DNA of 60,701 bases, the filler included, from Sphacelaria rigidula (Eukaryota): assembly GCA_964200075.2 (NCBI GenBank). It is 9 parts of 9 records of this genome, joined end to end, with 100 filler letters (N's around TTAATTAATTAA, not from the genome) between each part and the next. Parts side by side here need not be neighbours in the genome. Positions count along the whole stretch, not along the records: positions 33,781 to 40,436 come from CAXNAA020018800.1; positions 40,537 to 47,191 come from CAXNAA020018801.1; positions 47,292 to 53,946 come from CAXNAA020018802.1; 6 more parts are not named here. One strand, given 5' to 3'. The notes beneath the pieces were generated by a model, which saw only the letters and a program-made list of their open reading frames with translations, was not told where the DNA came from and did no database searches. Every line of letters begins with the position of its first letter. Within the stretch, counting starts at the first letter, position 1. The position numbers and the translations under genes were made by a program. This document shows, one piece after another, positions 35,705 to 47,762 of the stretch.

Positions 35705-36178
35705 GTCAGCCAAAAAATCAAACTTTCACGATTCTTCTTGGGGGGTTGTTTCAGCTTCTGTTATTTTTCGTAAAATGGCTCTTTTATTTTTCATTGTTTT
35801 CGAGGGGTCGTTGATTTTTTTTTTTTCCTCCCCCCCCTCCCCCCGCGCCGTCGATCCCCCCCGCCTCCCTTACCTTCTGCTTTTTTTTTTATGTGAGCAA
35901 TCGCAGTTCCATTATTCGCCATTTCCTCTGTTTCTGTTCTTGGATTAATTTCGTCGGCGTAGTAGTGTTGAATTGCTGCGTTACCCGATGGGTATACATT
36001 GTCGTCATTCGTCCTGTAACAGGGAGGCAGGAAACACTGTTTGTGTCGTCGTACGTATGAAGCACCCGCTCTATGGCGTTTCAGAAGTGGTGCAAATCAC
36101 TGTAGCACCCACGAATTAAGCAATCCCTTGCGGTTGTTGTTTGTTTCGCGTTCCGTGCGTATGTGTGCGTTCGGCCAG

Positions 36179-36301
36179 ATGGTGACCAATCTCATCAGCG
36201 GCTACATACCGGGACGGATAACCCTCCTGTGCCTCAATCTGCATCTCAATCCCCGACCTATTTGGATGTCGCGCCACGGAGAGAGCGAGTTCAACATGCA
36301 G
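36179..36301 (+). CDS. PFKFB: PFKFB exon (start of the histidine-phosphatase domain, RHG motif)
   Basis: CAG|...|GTGAGT, 123 nt, MVTNLISGYIPGRITLLCLNLHLNPRPIWMSRHGESEFNMQ. Confidence 0.92.
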
Positions 36302-36903
36302 GTGAGTAGCTGACATTACGCGGTGCGTCGGTTCTCCTGCACGGAATGTTTGTGTAGAATGCTGTGTCGTAGCCCATTTCCTGTTGTTGCTGCTGTTGTT
36401 GCTGTTGCTGTTACCGTTGCCGCCGCTGCTAATGTTTTTGGCTGATGGTGCAAGTATTGATCACACTGCTTCGGGCAACATGTCTCCCTGTTCGCACGTT
36501 ACGTCATGACATACATTACACATACTCATAGCGAGTATATTGCCAAAGACCCGTCAACGTTGCGGCGTGCCGACGATCCTGAATCCTGATTTCACAGCGG
36601 ATGCCGCCAGGTCGTACTCCCGGGGATTAGAAAGATTCACCACGTCGTTCATTGATCGACTCCCGTGCATCGTAAGATGGAGAAGTCAAAGGAGTAACAC
36701 GAGTAATGAAAGGAGGCTGGGTTCCAAAAGCAGTCTCTCGTGAAGAGGTACATGGAAATCAGATACTTCCCCGGCTTTCACAAAGATGAATTTAGTCGTG
36801 CATTTTGATTGGAAGATATGAATGAATATCCCCGTCACGCCCCCCCCCCTCCCCCGTCTGCTGTGACCCGATGTACCATCGACTGCTCTCGGGCATATCA
36901 TAG

Positions 36904-37128
36904 GGTCGAATCGGAGGAGACGCACCGTTGACGGCAGCCGGCAAGGTGTACGCCACAAAGCTGGCGGAGTTCATGCGTAGACGGTATCCCACCAACAGGG
37001 CAGGGGCTGGTGTGGAAGAGCAAGCAACAAGGGGGCAGGCAGCGGGGTCAGAAGAAGAATTAATCGTGTGGACGTCGACCATGCTCCGCACGGGACAAAC
37101 TGTTGCCCCCATGACCAATGAACGGGAG
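36904..37128 (+). CDS. PFKFB: PFKFB exon
   Basis: TAG|...|GTCAGT, 225 nt, GRIGGDAPLTAAGKVYATKLAEF...LIVWTSTMLRTGQTV. Confidence 0.9.
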
Positions 37129-37171
37129 GTCAGTACGACGGGAAGCAGCGGGGGGGAGGGGACGGGGGGGG

Positions 37172-37740
37172 GCGGGGGTACTCATGTCGTGCATGCCATA
37201 GCCATAACACCATTGACCTCGCATCCCCACAAAGCCGGGACGGAGCACGCCGGGTTTTCGTCGGACCAGTCTCGCATTCGATCACCAAGCGCGAAGCGCC
37301 GTGATGTGTTTGGCGAGTTGTATGAAGGGTGAGCGGCATCCTGCTCAGATTGTTCGGCCCGGAGCCAACTGATTATCTTGCATTTGGATGACAGCCTACA
37401 ACGAAGTGCTTTATTCTCTGGTATCGCCACTTCCAGAGACAACCACGGCTTATGCACTGCCTCATGGGTGTTTCACCATGTAAACACCATGTATTACCAT
37501 CATCCCCGTTGTGCGGGGTTGAGGTTCTCCCACACCGCGCAACATGATGTAGCTCGATTACCATCATGGTTACCGCAAAAGAAAACGCAAGCGTGCAAAA
37601 CAAATCGGTATCCTGGTTGCCTAGCTTACGCAGTGAGTGGCGTGTTTTATAGCGCCATCGCCAACCGACGCCAACCCCATCGCGGGTCCGCCCCAATAAA
37701 GCCGGGACGGAGCACGCCGGGTTCTCGCAGGACCAGGCGG
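37172..37740 (+). mobile_element. Repeat family R1, reference full-length copy (intronic)
   Basis: Starts GGGGGTACTCATG; the ~39 bp block aaagccgggacggagcacgccgggtt occurs at both 37231 and 37698. Confidence 0.85.
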
Positions 37741-38077
37741 GGGGAAGGGGGAGAGGGTTTCCGTATCTTCGATCTCCTTTGCGGTCGCGACGGTGACTAC
37801 ATCTTGTAAGGGTACTGGTGGTGTTGGCACAGGTTCGGATCAGGTTGTATCTGCCTTGGCGCGACTCGGAGAGTATCCGCTAATGCTGTATCTACACATA
37901 CTCCTACCACCCATTTCGGCGGACGCACAAATCTATCTAAATTTTATCGATTCATGCCTACGCTACTGGAACAGTTGACTCTTCAGCATCCGGCGATATT
38001 GCACAATCTCATCCCTCGCTGTTAACCCTTGTTGGCCCCTGCTGGAGATTGTTCGATCAATTGGTGGTCGCACTTCA

Positions 38078-38250
38078 AAGTTAACAATAACATCGACATT
38101 CACATCAACACTAACACTGACATTAACATCAATGTTAACATTAACATTAACATTAACATCAACATCAACATCAACATCAACATCAATATCAACATTTACA
38201 TTTATATTCATATTCACATTCACATTAGCATTAGCATTAACATTAACACG
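38078..38250. repeat. Hexanucleotide microsatellite (AACATC/AACATT)n
   Basis: Read directly from the sequence; accounts for the NINININ ORFs. Confidence 0.95.
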
Positions 38251-38720
38251 TTAACTGAGCCACCACGGACCCAACGGTGGTCACAAGGTAGGCGTACCCG
38301 CGGTGAATGAAACACGTTTTTGTCAGTTGAGTCGAATCAAGTCACGGTCCGAGAATGGAATGGCGTTCCCCGATCATTCATACCGCAATTATTGCACGTC
38401 ATTTTATTCCTGAGTTAATGTGGGAACCAGTGATCTCTGCCGGGCGAATTCATTCATATCAAGCACAAGGAATAGCCGGGTGTTCCCCCTTCACCGATGC
38501 CCCTTCCTCCAGATACTGCAGGACTCCTTTGTCGTCAGCCGTCCACAGGTGGCATCCCATCGCAACTCGTGCACGACCCAGGTTCGGAGTTTGGTCATGC
38601 TTGAATCGCTCATCTCTTGTGCTCACCATGCCCCCCATCAGGCATATTTGCCCTCCCGCCACCCTTCCTCTTTCACCCCTCATCCTGTCATCTGTTCCCT
38701 TGCTCTTTATATGTTGTCAG

Positions 38721-38845
38721 ATAATAAAGTGGGCCCAACTAACGGAGATCAACGCGGGGCTGATGGATTGCTTGACGTACGAACACGTGGCGGAACACAT
38801 GCCCGAGGAGTACGAGTCTCGGCAAAAGGACAAGCTTTGTTACAG
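38721..38845 (+). CDS. PFKFB: PFKFB exon
   Basis: CAG|...|GTGAGA, IIKWAQLTEINAGLMDCLTYEHVAEHMPEEYESRQKDKLCY(R), matching the W..L.EI.AG...LTY..I....PEE...R..DK..YR motif. Confidence 0.92.
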
Positions 38846-40329
38846 GTGAGAGGTCACCAACACCCAAGTCTAGACACTGAATACAAGAGAGCTCATGTGA
38901 TTGAGGGGAATAAGCGACGAGAAAAAAGGGAGGGCGTTCGCCTGAAGGGAGCGCGAGGGTATAGGCATACAGCACTATGTTGCTATATGATTTGCACACT
39001 GTCAAGGGATGAGCTTTCGAGAGATAGCACTCAAGACAGTTTTGCCCGCTGAACTCCGAATGTGCAGAGTGTACAAAATGTCAAGGGACAAGTCTGAAAT
39101 TTGTGTAGAGAATTTTTTTTCACCTGTTGTTTGTGCTTTAATTATGCGCTGGGTACATACATACCAGGCTCTGTTTGAAGAAGTGCTTTGCTGGGAGTGC
39201 CGTTCCATCTCACGGATGATACAGTCAGTACAAGCTGCAGTGACTGCCAGCTTTGACAGCACCACACAACGACACAGTGCAGTGTGCAGCATTCAGGACA
39301 GTTCAGTGTTGCAGTAGGCATCCAGTGGCCTTAACCTGCTATCGTGCGACCCATCTACACAAGCGTCCGCACCCGACCTGTTGGAGCGGGACTATCCGGC
39401 ACCTCAAGCCTCCTGATTGCGAGGACCCCACACACAAGGTCGCAAGTCGCACTGCGGTCCCTTGTACGGACGGCGGCGGCTCACAATACCGCCCACAAGA
39501 GGCGCCAGGAGGATGACTTTTCTCGGGCAGACGAAATTTTTTACACCGTTGAAGCGACGGCACAGTGCAGGCAGTAGTGAGCAGTGTACATGATGAAATA
39601 GCCAGCGGCCACAGCACAAGGACTACTCTCGGAGACGCTGCGGGCGCCGCCGTCAACGCGACAAGCACGCACCACGTTTAGTGTGCTGCTCACACTGATG
39701 ACAACATCTTACAATGCATGAACGCCCCGTTTTCCCGCGCTTAATCTACCCACGCTATTTGCAGCCTAGGACATTGATTTTTGCAAATGTACAGGAAAAT
39801 CCAAATTATACGACAGACGTGCTACGCGTGCAGTGAACAACGCAGAGGATAGTCGATACGCCACGCAGTCCCCTCGCCCTCCGGCTTCGTCAGCATGATT
39901 TTCTCGCGAATGACTCCGCCCGTTTCCCGCCCGCCGCTTTCACTGTTGGATGACGAAATCAAAAAAAAGTGCGACTTTGTGTTTGTTTTTCTATTTGTCC
40001 GCGCTCTTTGTGTCCGTTATAGTATTCCACCTTCGGACTGCTCAGCTTTGATGCGGAACCACCTGCTCCACGTTTTGGGGAGCTGGTTGGTGATTCGTGT
40101 CCGCGTAAAGCTGAATTTTGTGACCCACCGACCTCGGATTGTGTTCGCACGGAGTAATACGGAGCCAAAGCGTTCTTACGTACACCTTGATGGGTCTCGC
40201 GCCAGACATACAGACTTGAGGCGGGGGGATCGGGGAAATATCACGAGGGCCAAAAATGAAGAAGGAAAAGTATGCTCGTGGAAAAACAAAAAATAACTGC
40301 AAAACAATTCTGCATCGCATTTCTTGAAC

Positions 40330-40363
<34 letters not shown>

Positions 40364-40436
40364 TTTCAAAAAAACAAAAAAAAACATCAAGAAAAAAAAA
40401 AAAAAGTATAAGATTTTTTGTGATTATGAGGTGGGT

Positions 40437-40535
40437 NNNNNNNNNNNNNNNNNNNNNNNNNNNNNNNNNNNNNNNNNNNNTTAATTAATTAANNNNNNNN
40501 NNNNNNNNNNNNNNNNNNNNNNNNNNNNNNNNNNN
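40437..40535. other. Artificial contig spacer
   Basis: N run with a central TTAATTAATTAA. Confidence 0.98.
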
Positions 40536-42162
40536 NGTGGCTTGTTTTACAGCGCCGTTGCCACTCGACGCCAACCCAAGAGTCTAGAGATGAGGGGGAG
40601 TGACGGGGGGAGGGGGGGGCAGGAGGTGCATGTACACGACATTGTTCGAGCAGGATGACAAAGTTAACAAAAGCAACATCGATACCGTTCGGAGACAACA
40701 TTGGGCGTGAAAGGGGGCGTGCCACCAGGCAATTACATGTATCGTCTGCTGTATAATCGTGTCCTCGAAGGTATGGTATACATTGAAATAGCGACTGCTC
40801 AGCCCTCATCACGGCAACCCTTTCACAAGTCAGCGGTACTCGTTAAGCCCTGTATGGCACATGATACCCACCAGGTCATTCTTCTTCCTTGTTTTTAGTC
40901 AGAGGTTAGGAATACATGTCCGTGGTGGAGACACAACGCCTGCATAGAAAGGCCATTTCCACACACATCGGCGTGTCATAGACCTCACAGCACGACGGGA
41001 CAGTATGGTTTGTAGCCAGCTATTCGTGCACAAGGCAGGGCTACCAGCACTGTCGTCCCACAATTATCAAAAGCACAACAACGGTACAGTAACTGTGATG
41101 GTGACAACAGCAACTGCAGTGGCGCATACATGTGGTCAACACACACAACAGATCCCGAACCATGTGCTGCTGCTGAGCATCACAGTACAGTGAGTCTGAA
41201 CTTATCCGAGCATAAGTCAGAGCCAGGGAGCTGCACTGCCGTCTCACAATTTTACGGGACAGAGTAAGTACAGTAGCCGAGACTGCGCCAACAACTGTAG
41301 AAAAAGTGCACGCATGTTGTCAACAGACACATACACACACACGACTGAACTGCATTTGATGTTGAACAGCCGAAGGAAGACGTGGCACATTTAGCGCGGG
41401 GTGTACGTGCTGCACGCGGGGTGTGCGGGTGTGGTCGGGTGGTGATTGATTCGTTCCGGACATTCATCGACATTTCGTTTCCCCCTACCAAAACAACAAG
41501 GTAACTGGCAAGATGAACACACATACGTTGACAAATACACAAGCAACACGCATGGAACCTCTGTCGTGAGCTTGTCCTCTCCACAAACCCCTGCTTCTGT
41601 CCGCGGCTGTTTGCTGCTGAGCCTGGGGCAGACATGGCCTACTGAAACCCCAACCCGTCATCTCAAACCATATTAGCCTGCTACGATGCTTTTGTTCTGA
41701 ATACGCAAACTGTTTCAGCACCCGGACGTCCTAGAAAGTCTTCATCAACAATAATGTCATCCTCCACGGGACTGTCAAGTCTCGAAGCAAGCCGCGGGTT
41801 ATATAGCGGCTATATCGGCATTACATTCGCTTGAAAAATGGTTGCCAGACTTGAGAGTGTCCATCCGTGGGGGCTCAAGAAGCTCCGCGGGTTCAAAGCG
41901 CCATTTTCCTTCGTCGAAAGTCATTAATGGGTGTACCGTGCGCAGAAATATCGGGAGAGAGCGCCGCGGCGGCCACGTGCAAGCGCAACCCAGCATATAG
42001 TGCGAAATGGATGCTAGAAAATCTGTCACTACAACAGTGAGCACCTGGGCCGTGCGGCAAATTTTCGAGACACCCTGACTGATAGGCATGTTTTCCCTCC
42101 AAGATCTCATTTCGTGTCCCGAACAGAAATCGCGGTCAGTCGCTGAGCACCAACATTCTCAC

Positions 42163-42426
42163 CTCTCCGTTGACCCACAACCCACACGAGCCGTCGGTGG
42201 GCACCTTCAGAGAAAGGTGGCACCGCAACACGTGGTTCGCCAAGTCTGCCCATCCTCGGTGACCCGCGATGTGCGATCCGCCTCCGAGGCGAGAAAAAAG
42301 CGCCGTGCGGATGTTGGGAATTCGGTGGAGAAGATTGGCGGTGGTCGGGCACCGCGCACAGGTACTCTCAATCCACGTTCGTCGGGACTCGTCGTTCGCC
42401 GGGAAAGTGTGCACGAACGGGAACAC
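42163..42426 (-). CDS. Aspartyl/asparaginyl beta-hydroxylase-family 2OG-Fe(II) dioxygenase, exon 2
   Basis: CAG|...|GTGAGA, 264 nt, VFPFVHTFPA...CARCPTTANLLHRIPNIRTALFSRLGGGSHIAGHRGWADLANHVLRCHLSLKVP...CGLWVNGE (FS.L..G..I..H.G...LR.HL motif). Confidence 0.88.
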
Positions 42427-42928
42427 CTGCCGACAAGACAGCAAACGTACAAAACGGGCAACGGATAGATTTACGCGAGTCGTGATAAAAATGGTCAATG
42501 GACGAAAAGGGGTATTCCTGCCCTCCAGTACTTTCCCCTTATGAGGGTACATACCCAACGTGGGCTTACAGGAGATTGTTGGTACTCGTGAAAGACCCAT
42601 GTGAGGGCATACCCGTTTGAGTCCACATGTACTCGCTGCGTAATACCGTCTGTATATAGTGCCACCACAGAGCCGCTGGTTGCGGCAGCAAACACAGAAA
42701 ATTGCAACTAGAGATACAGTGCTGCAGAGCAGCATATAGATCGCCAAATCAAATAAAAGTGTGCGTATATGGCAGACAAAGTGAGTGCCGTACAAGCGCA
42801 CATGAAGTGCCGAGATTATCAGCAAGCAGGAAGGCCAGGGGGGTGGATTTGTTGGAACTAAGAACATACAAGAGCTCGAGATTACGGTTGGGTGCAGCTG
42901 CGATGCCCATGTTAGTGTCAATCGCTTA

Positions 42929-43391
42929 GACCACTTTGTATGGCAACCAATCCGTATTTGTACAAATATGAGGATTCCAGCCCGTTCAAATCCGATTTTT
43001 TCCCGTGGATTGATTTTTCGGTCCCCAGTCTGTGGGGCAATGTTTTTTGCCTAGCTCTGAGGAACCCAGATCAATTCTCCGATTCTCTGGGCGCTGACTT
43101 TTGGTTCATCACCTTTCTGCTCAAATCGGAAGACTCCCGCATCCCCCCGGAATCTGGGGCCCAAATCGGGGGAGATGCGGGAGTCTCCCGATTTGAGCAG
43201 AAAGGTGATGAACCAAAAGTCAGCGCCCAGAGAATCGGAGAATTGATATGCTTTCCTCAGAGCTAGGCAAAAAACATTGCCCAACGGACTGGAGTCCGAA
43301 AAATCAACCCACGGGAGAAAATCGGATTATTTGAACGGGCTGGAATCCTCATATTTGTAAAAATACGGATTGGTTGCCATACAAAGTGGTC
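42929..43391. mobile_element. 463-bp fully palindromic MITE with TTA TSD (PIF/Harbinger-Tourist-like)
   Basis: TTA|gaccactttgtatggcaaccaatccgtattt ... aaatacggattggttgccatacaaagtggtc|TTA, with ~220 bp arms. The same terminus occurs at ~60457-60481 and ~56532. Confidence 0.9.
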
Positions 43392-43754
43392 TTAAACCCG
43401 CCATTAACCGATCGCGCGATCCGATCTCTCGTCATTACCAACGCCTAGCCAAGCGGGGATTACGGCCACGTGGCGCGGGAGTCGATTTTGTCAAACACCA
43501 TTTATGTGTGCTGGGACAGTCGTTCTTCTATTAGTCGTTATAGGACCCCATCGGGGTTCCGGAGCCACATGCGACGCAAAAATTGTCTACTCCTTCATAC
43601 CCCTCGTCGTCCTTATTGCTCACGTCAAACTTTGACACAACACACAGTTCATTTAAATGAGTGTTGCATCCGATAATCGGGGGCGAGTATCCTGTGTTCT
43701 AGGTGTTACCATTCGTGTATATAAATTGGCTTAGGCCGTGTCTAAGCACATCAC

Positions 43755-43905
43755 GTTTCGATGGAATATCTGTAGTGGAAAACAAAAATTCCGATCTGAT
43801 AGGTCCTGATTTCAACCATCTTCAATATAAACTACGATAGTTGAAACCACGGTTCATCATATCGGAGTTTCTCTTTTCCATAGCACATTTCGACCGAAAA
43901 ATAAT
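43755..43905. mobile_element. Small palindromic MITE-like element (family of 30465-30616)
   Basis: gtggaaaacaaaaattccgatctgatagg ... atatcggagtttctcttttcca. Confidence 0.55.
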
Positions 43906-44489
43906 GAGCGAAGACACGCCCTCAGGGTTCCTCCGCCAACGCGTTGAACCCTTTCCTCCAGAAAACGTTCGACTTACCCTTCCTTTGTCAACAGTCTGTG
44001 GCATGCACCCCTTTATAATTATCATCTTTACGGCCTGTGCCAAAGTTTAGTACATTGCACAATTCAATAAATGGGAGTTACAGCCGACAATTGTGGGTGC
44101 ACATCACGTGTTTTTGCTGCGAGCATTCGTACGAGTATATCTTTTCAAAGCAGACCCATTGACAAAAGGTTGGTACAGATGTGCGGGGCTGGTCTGCCAC
44201 TCTGGCACTCTCTTGTTGCGCCGAACCAGCAGGGTCAGGCTCAACAACAGTACTTCACGGTCCTCAACCATTGCTTCGGCTACTTGACGGAAAACACCAG
44301 ATACATTTTCGCGCTGGACGCCGAAAAGCGTAAAACTTGACGCATAGCCGGGCCGCCGCACGCATTCTCTTCCCTGACACGAATACGACCCCCCGCGTTT
44401 ACCCCTCGACCGCCTTGAACCGTCACAGCGTAGGTTGTGAAGACACCCGCACCCCGCCCCCGGCAAACCATGCTACCCCGCTTTTATAC

Positions 44490-44996
44490 CTTCCAGTCCT
44501 GCTCTCCGTCCTTATCGTAATGCTTCTCGGGCCAAGCTTTCCAGTTCGACACCTGCGAACACTCCGCCAAGATCTCGGACATCCCGTGCACGAGCACCTG
44601 GAGTTCAGGAAACAACTCCTTCCAGTCAAAGTAGTTGGGCGTCCCCTCGTCAACTACGCCCTCCCCAGGCAGCAAAGGCGGGTAGGCCAGGACCGGCTCG
44701 CCACAGATATTCACCGCCGCCTCCTCTTCCCCTGCTTCTGCAAATGGCTGCTCTCCTCCCGAGGAGGCTTCTACTCCTAGAAGCGTTTTCCCTGCGCCCG
44801 CCACACTCATGCCCGACGTTGTTGATCGAGGGAGCGGTGGTGCTGGTTCGGCTGCTGGAGCTGGTGATTGTGATGGCGGCGGTGGCGGCGGTGGCGCCGG
44901 CGGCGCCGGCTGTGATACAGTCATCTTTTGTTCCCCTCCCGATCCCTGAGGAATCCCTCCGCCATCATTTGGGTAGCCTGTTTCGCCGTTCATCAT
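44490..44996 (-). CDS. Asp/Asn beta-hydroxylase-family protein, exon 1 (Pro-rich N-terminus)
   Basis: ATG at 44996 to a GTATAA donor at 44489, 169 codons, ending FDWKELFPELQVL...WKAWPEKHY...DWK; joins in frame to VFPF of exon 2. Confidence 0.85.
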
Positions 44997-45612
44997 TATC
45001 GAAAACGGCGGGCGTACTGTATTGTACTGTACTGTGCCGTACCGTATTATGCTGTACGTGGGGTCTGTTGCAATGGATGAGGTGCGCTACTGCACGGTAT
45101 TGTACTGTACTGTCCGATACTGTCAGCCTTTACAGGAGCTTGGTCGAGGAGCCCTGTCTCCTGTGTGCAATGGTAATACGGTAGCACCGAAACCCGAAGA
45201 TGACGTCTAGTTGGAAGTAGGGGAAGAAAATTTGGAACACGTGTCTCGAACAGATTCAGCTCTCCACACAAAGGCTCATGATTCTTGTATCAACGCAACC
45301 CCCCCCCCCCAACCCCTAGTTTCGACGTTTCCACTTGCTGTGTGTATGCTGGGACGAGAGCTGTGCCTTCTCTTTGTTCGGTCACACTCACCGTGTCATT
45401 ATCTAACCATATTTGAAAATCATACTCCATTTAGGACTTGACATGAAGCAACCTCAGGCGCTGGCGTAGGGGAACAAACCAACACCTTACTGTACAGCAG
45501 CACCGATGGAATGAATGCGACTGTCACCAGCATCGCCGTCACATTGCTAGTAACTCGTTGAATTTTCCATCGAAAGTCCGGGTGGCAGCAGCGGCTGCGG
45601 CGGCGGTGGATA
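44997..45612. promoter_or_regulatory. Putative bidirectional promoter / 5' UTR region between divergent genes
   Basis: 616 bp between the ATGs of two head-to-head genes on the same contig. Inferred from geometry only. Confidence 0.45.
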
Positions 45613-46590
45613 ATGCGGGGGGCGGCAGTAATATCAACATGGTGGTCTGCCGCCGTAGGCTTGCTGACGATATTCGCTCCACCCACGGCTGCTCGCAGGC
45701 GTCATCACCACGGTAGCAACGGTAGCCAGTTACTTTGGGGCTCCGCAGGCCATTTATTTAGAGGAGAGGGATGTGCAGGGAAATTCCACGCTGCGTTTGC
45801 ACTACCAAGGTCATCTACGTTGGTGGTGTGCTCTTCGCCTAGGCGACACGGGGGCGGGTTAGACGGTGCTACACGCGTTTGCGGTGGCAGGTGGTCACAT
45901 GTTCGTTGTAGAGGGGACTCCAGCAGGAACGGTGTTGATGGGAGATCAGCTGGGGCGATACAGGATATGGGATGCGGAGGAGTAGGCAGTGGCTGCATGA
46001 AGGAGAGTGTCCCGTCGTTGCTGCTGTACGGCGCCGCTATGCGTTGGTGGTCGAGTAGTATCTTACGGGCGGGGCAGCTGCCGATCATGATGGCCTCATC
46101 GCAGTCTGCGCACGAAGCGGCGATGGACAATTCCAGAGGCAGCCGTAGTGGTATTGGTAGTGTAAGACTTCACGGTTCTTCATCAGCGACCTCAGTATCA
46201 GCGGTAGACCCTGCTGCCGTTGGAAGTACCCACACCGCCGTCGTAAGCAGCTTCAGTCCGTTAGATTTGGGCACCAACCAAGATCCGGAGAAGCCGCGGT
46301 CAAAGAGAAAGAAGGCGATGCCTGCATTACCTTCGCCATTAGACAAGGGAGTAGAGGCCAACGGTGAGGCGGCCGCGCCAGCAGAGGAGATTCCATCGAC
46401 TGACAGCAGGAGGACAGCTAATGGTGGATTCGCGCATACAAACTTGAGCCGTAGAAAAATATCGGTCGCCAACAAGGGCAAAACACCGTGGAATAAAGGG
46501 GGTAGCCACTCGGAGTCGACCAGGAAGAAGATTGCGGACGGCGCCAAGATGGCCGCTCTCAAGCGGAAAATGAAGTTGGCGGAGGAGGTG
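45613..46590 (+). CDS. Signal-peptide-bearing NUMOD3-motif protein, exon 1 (probably plastid-targeted)
   Basis: Hydrophobic N-terminus MRGAAVISTWWSAAVGLLTIFAPPTAA, a Ser-rich linker, then HTNLSRRKISVANKGKTPWNKGGSHSESTRKKIA; GTGAGT donor at 46591. Confidence 0.8.
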
Positions 46591-47124
46591 GTGAGTGAGA
46601 CAGGTGTACAGTCCGTATAAATGACCTTGTGTGGAATATAGTAGTGCCAAGAGGCGCAGCATGCTTTAGTCGGGGCTTTGCATGTGGAACAATTTGGCTA
46701 CAGCCCATATACTTCGTTCGGGGTTGCCACTACACTAGGGCCTAGTTGCTACTTTGAGGTACAAACTGGCGCATCCGCAAGAAACATGCTTCGTGAAGGG
46801 CCTATACTTCGTCATAGTGTATAATAGTGCATAGCTATACACGAAGTATATCGTCGTACTTTTACCACTTGCCGTTTTGAGGATGATACCGTCGTCTGAA
46901 TGAATCGATCCATCTATCCCCCCGTGAGCGCCTGGCATTTCGGTGTCGCGAACCAAATCAGCATTTCCCCACCGCCTCGACTTTTGCCGTGTTTTCTTGT
47001 ACTACTCACGTCCTTACTTTTCCAACGACGGAAATCAGACACTCCTCTGGGGCGTGGCTTGTCTCTCATCTCCGGCACCACACCCATTCTTTCTCCATAA
47101 GCCTGCAATTGGCGTGGGGGTAAG

Positions 47125-47191
47125 GGTGGGGGTGTACTCATGATCATGCATGCCATAGTCATGAGACCATCGACCTCGCATCCCTACAAAG
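47125..47191 (+). mobile_element. Repeat family R1 head, cut by the contig end
   Basis: ggggtgtactcatgatcatgcatgccatagtcatgagaccatcgacctcgcatccctacaaag. Confidence 0.8.
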
Positions 47192-47291
47192 NNNNNNNNN
47201 NNNNNNNNNNNNNNNNNNNNNNNNNNNNNNNNNNNTTAATTAATTAANNNNNNNNNNNNNNNNNNNNNNNNNNNNNNNNNNNNNNNNNNNN
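47192..47291. other. Artificial contig spacer
   Basis: N run with a central TTAATTAATTAA. Confidence 0.98.
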
Positions 47292-47419
47292 GTATGCCCC
47301 CCGTCTACCCCGCCTTCCGCTGGCCGCCCGCGGTTTTTTTTTTTTTTTTTGTTATCGCCACTTCCAGAGACAGCTACGGCTTGTACTCTGCCTCATGCGT
47401 GCGTCACCGTTCGACCAGA

Positions 47420-47762
47420 GGGGGGTGAATCAAATCCGATCGCTCTCGTGAACAATTTTCCAGATCCTTATTTTATGTTTTTCACATATTCAATGCGCTA
47501 GAGCGAAAAAGAAATGTCTTTTGGACGAAAAGTGGTCAATACCACTCCTTGTCGACTTATTCAATCAGTGAGTCGTTCAATATTGAGCGCAAGGATGCTT
47601 CTTATTTCGGAATGTGGGGCGGATGCCTAGTTTCTCCCAATCCCCAAACCTCGGGATCTAACGTTCACTGCAATTTGCGATGGCACGCAAAAACACTGTT
47701 GAATATCGTCGACTACGAAAACATAACCCCCCCCCCTGATTCAACTGGAAACTACTGTACAC
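47420..47762 (+). repeat. Dispersed repeat, homologue of 27105-27460
   Basis: Shares the blocks listed for 27105-27460, in the opposite orientation. Confidence 0.75.

Noticed and set aside
37963..38310. ORFs with NINININ/VDVDVD repeats
   Set aside because: Translation of a hexamer microsatellite within a PFKFB intron.
41799..42110. Candidate third exon of the hydroxylase (FDEGK resembling FDDS)
   Set aside because: Lacks the downstream H...N...R.VL motif and a convincing acceptor.
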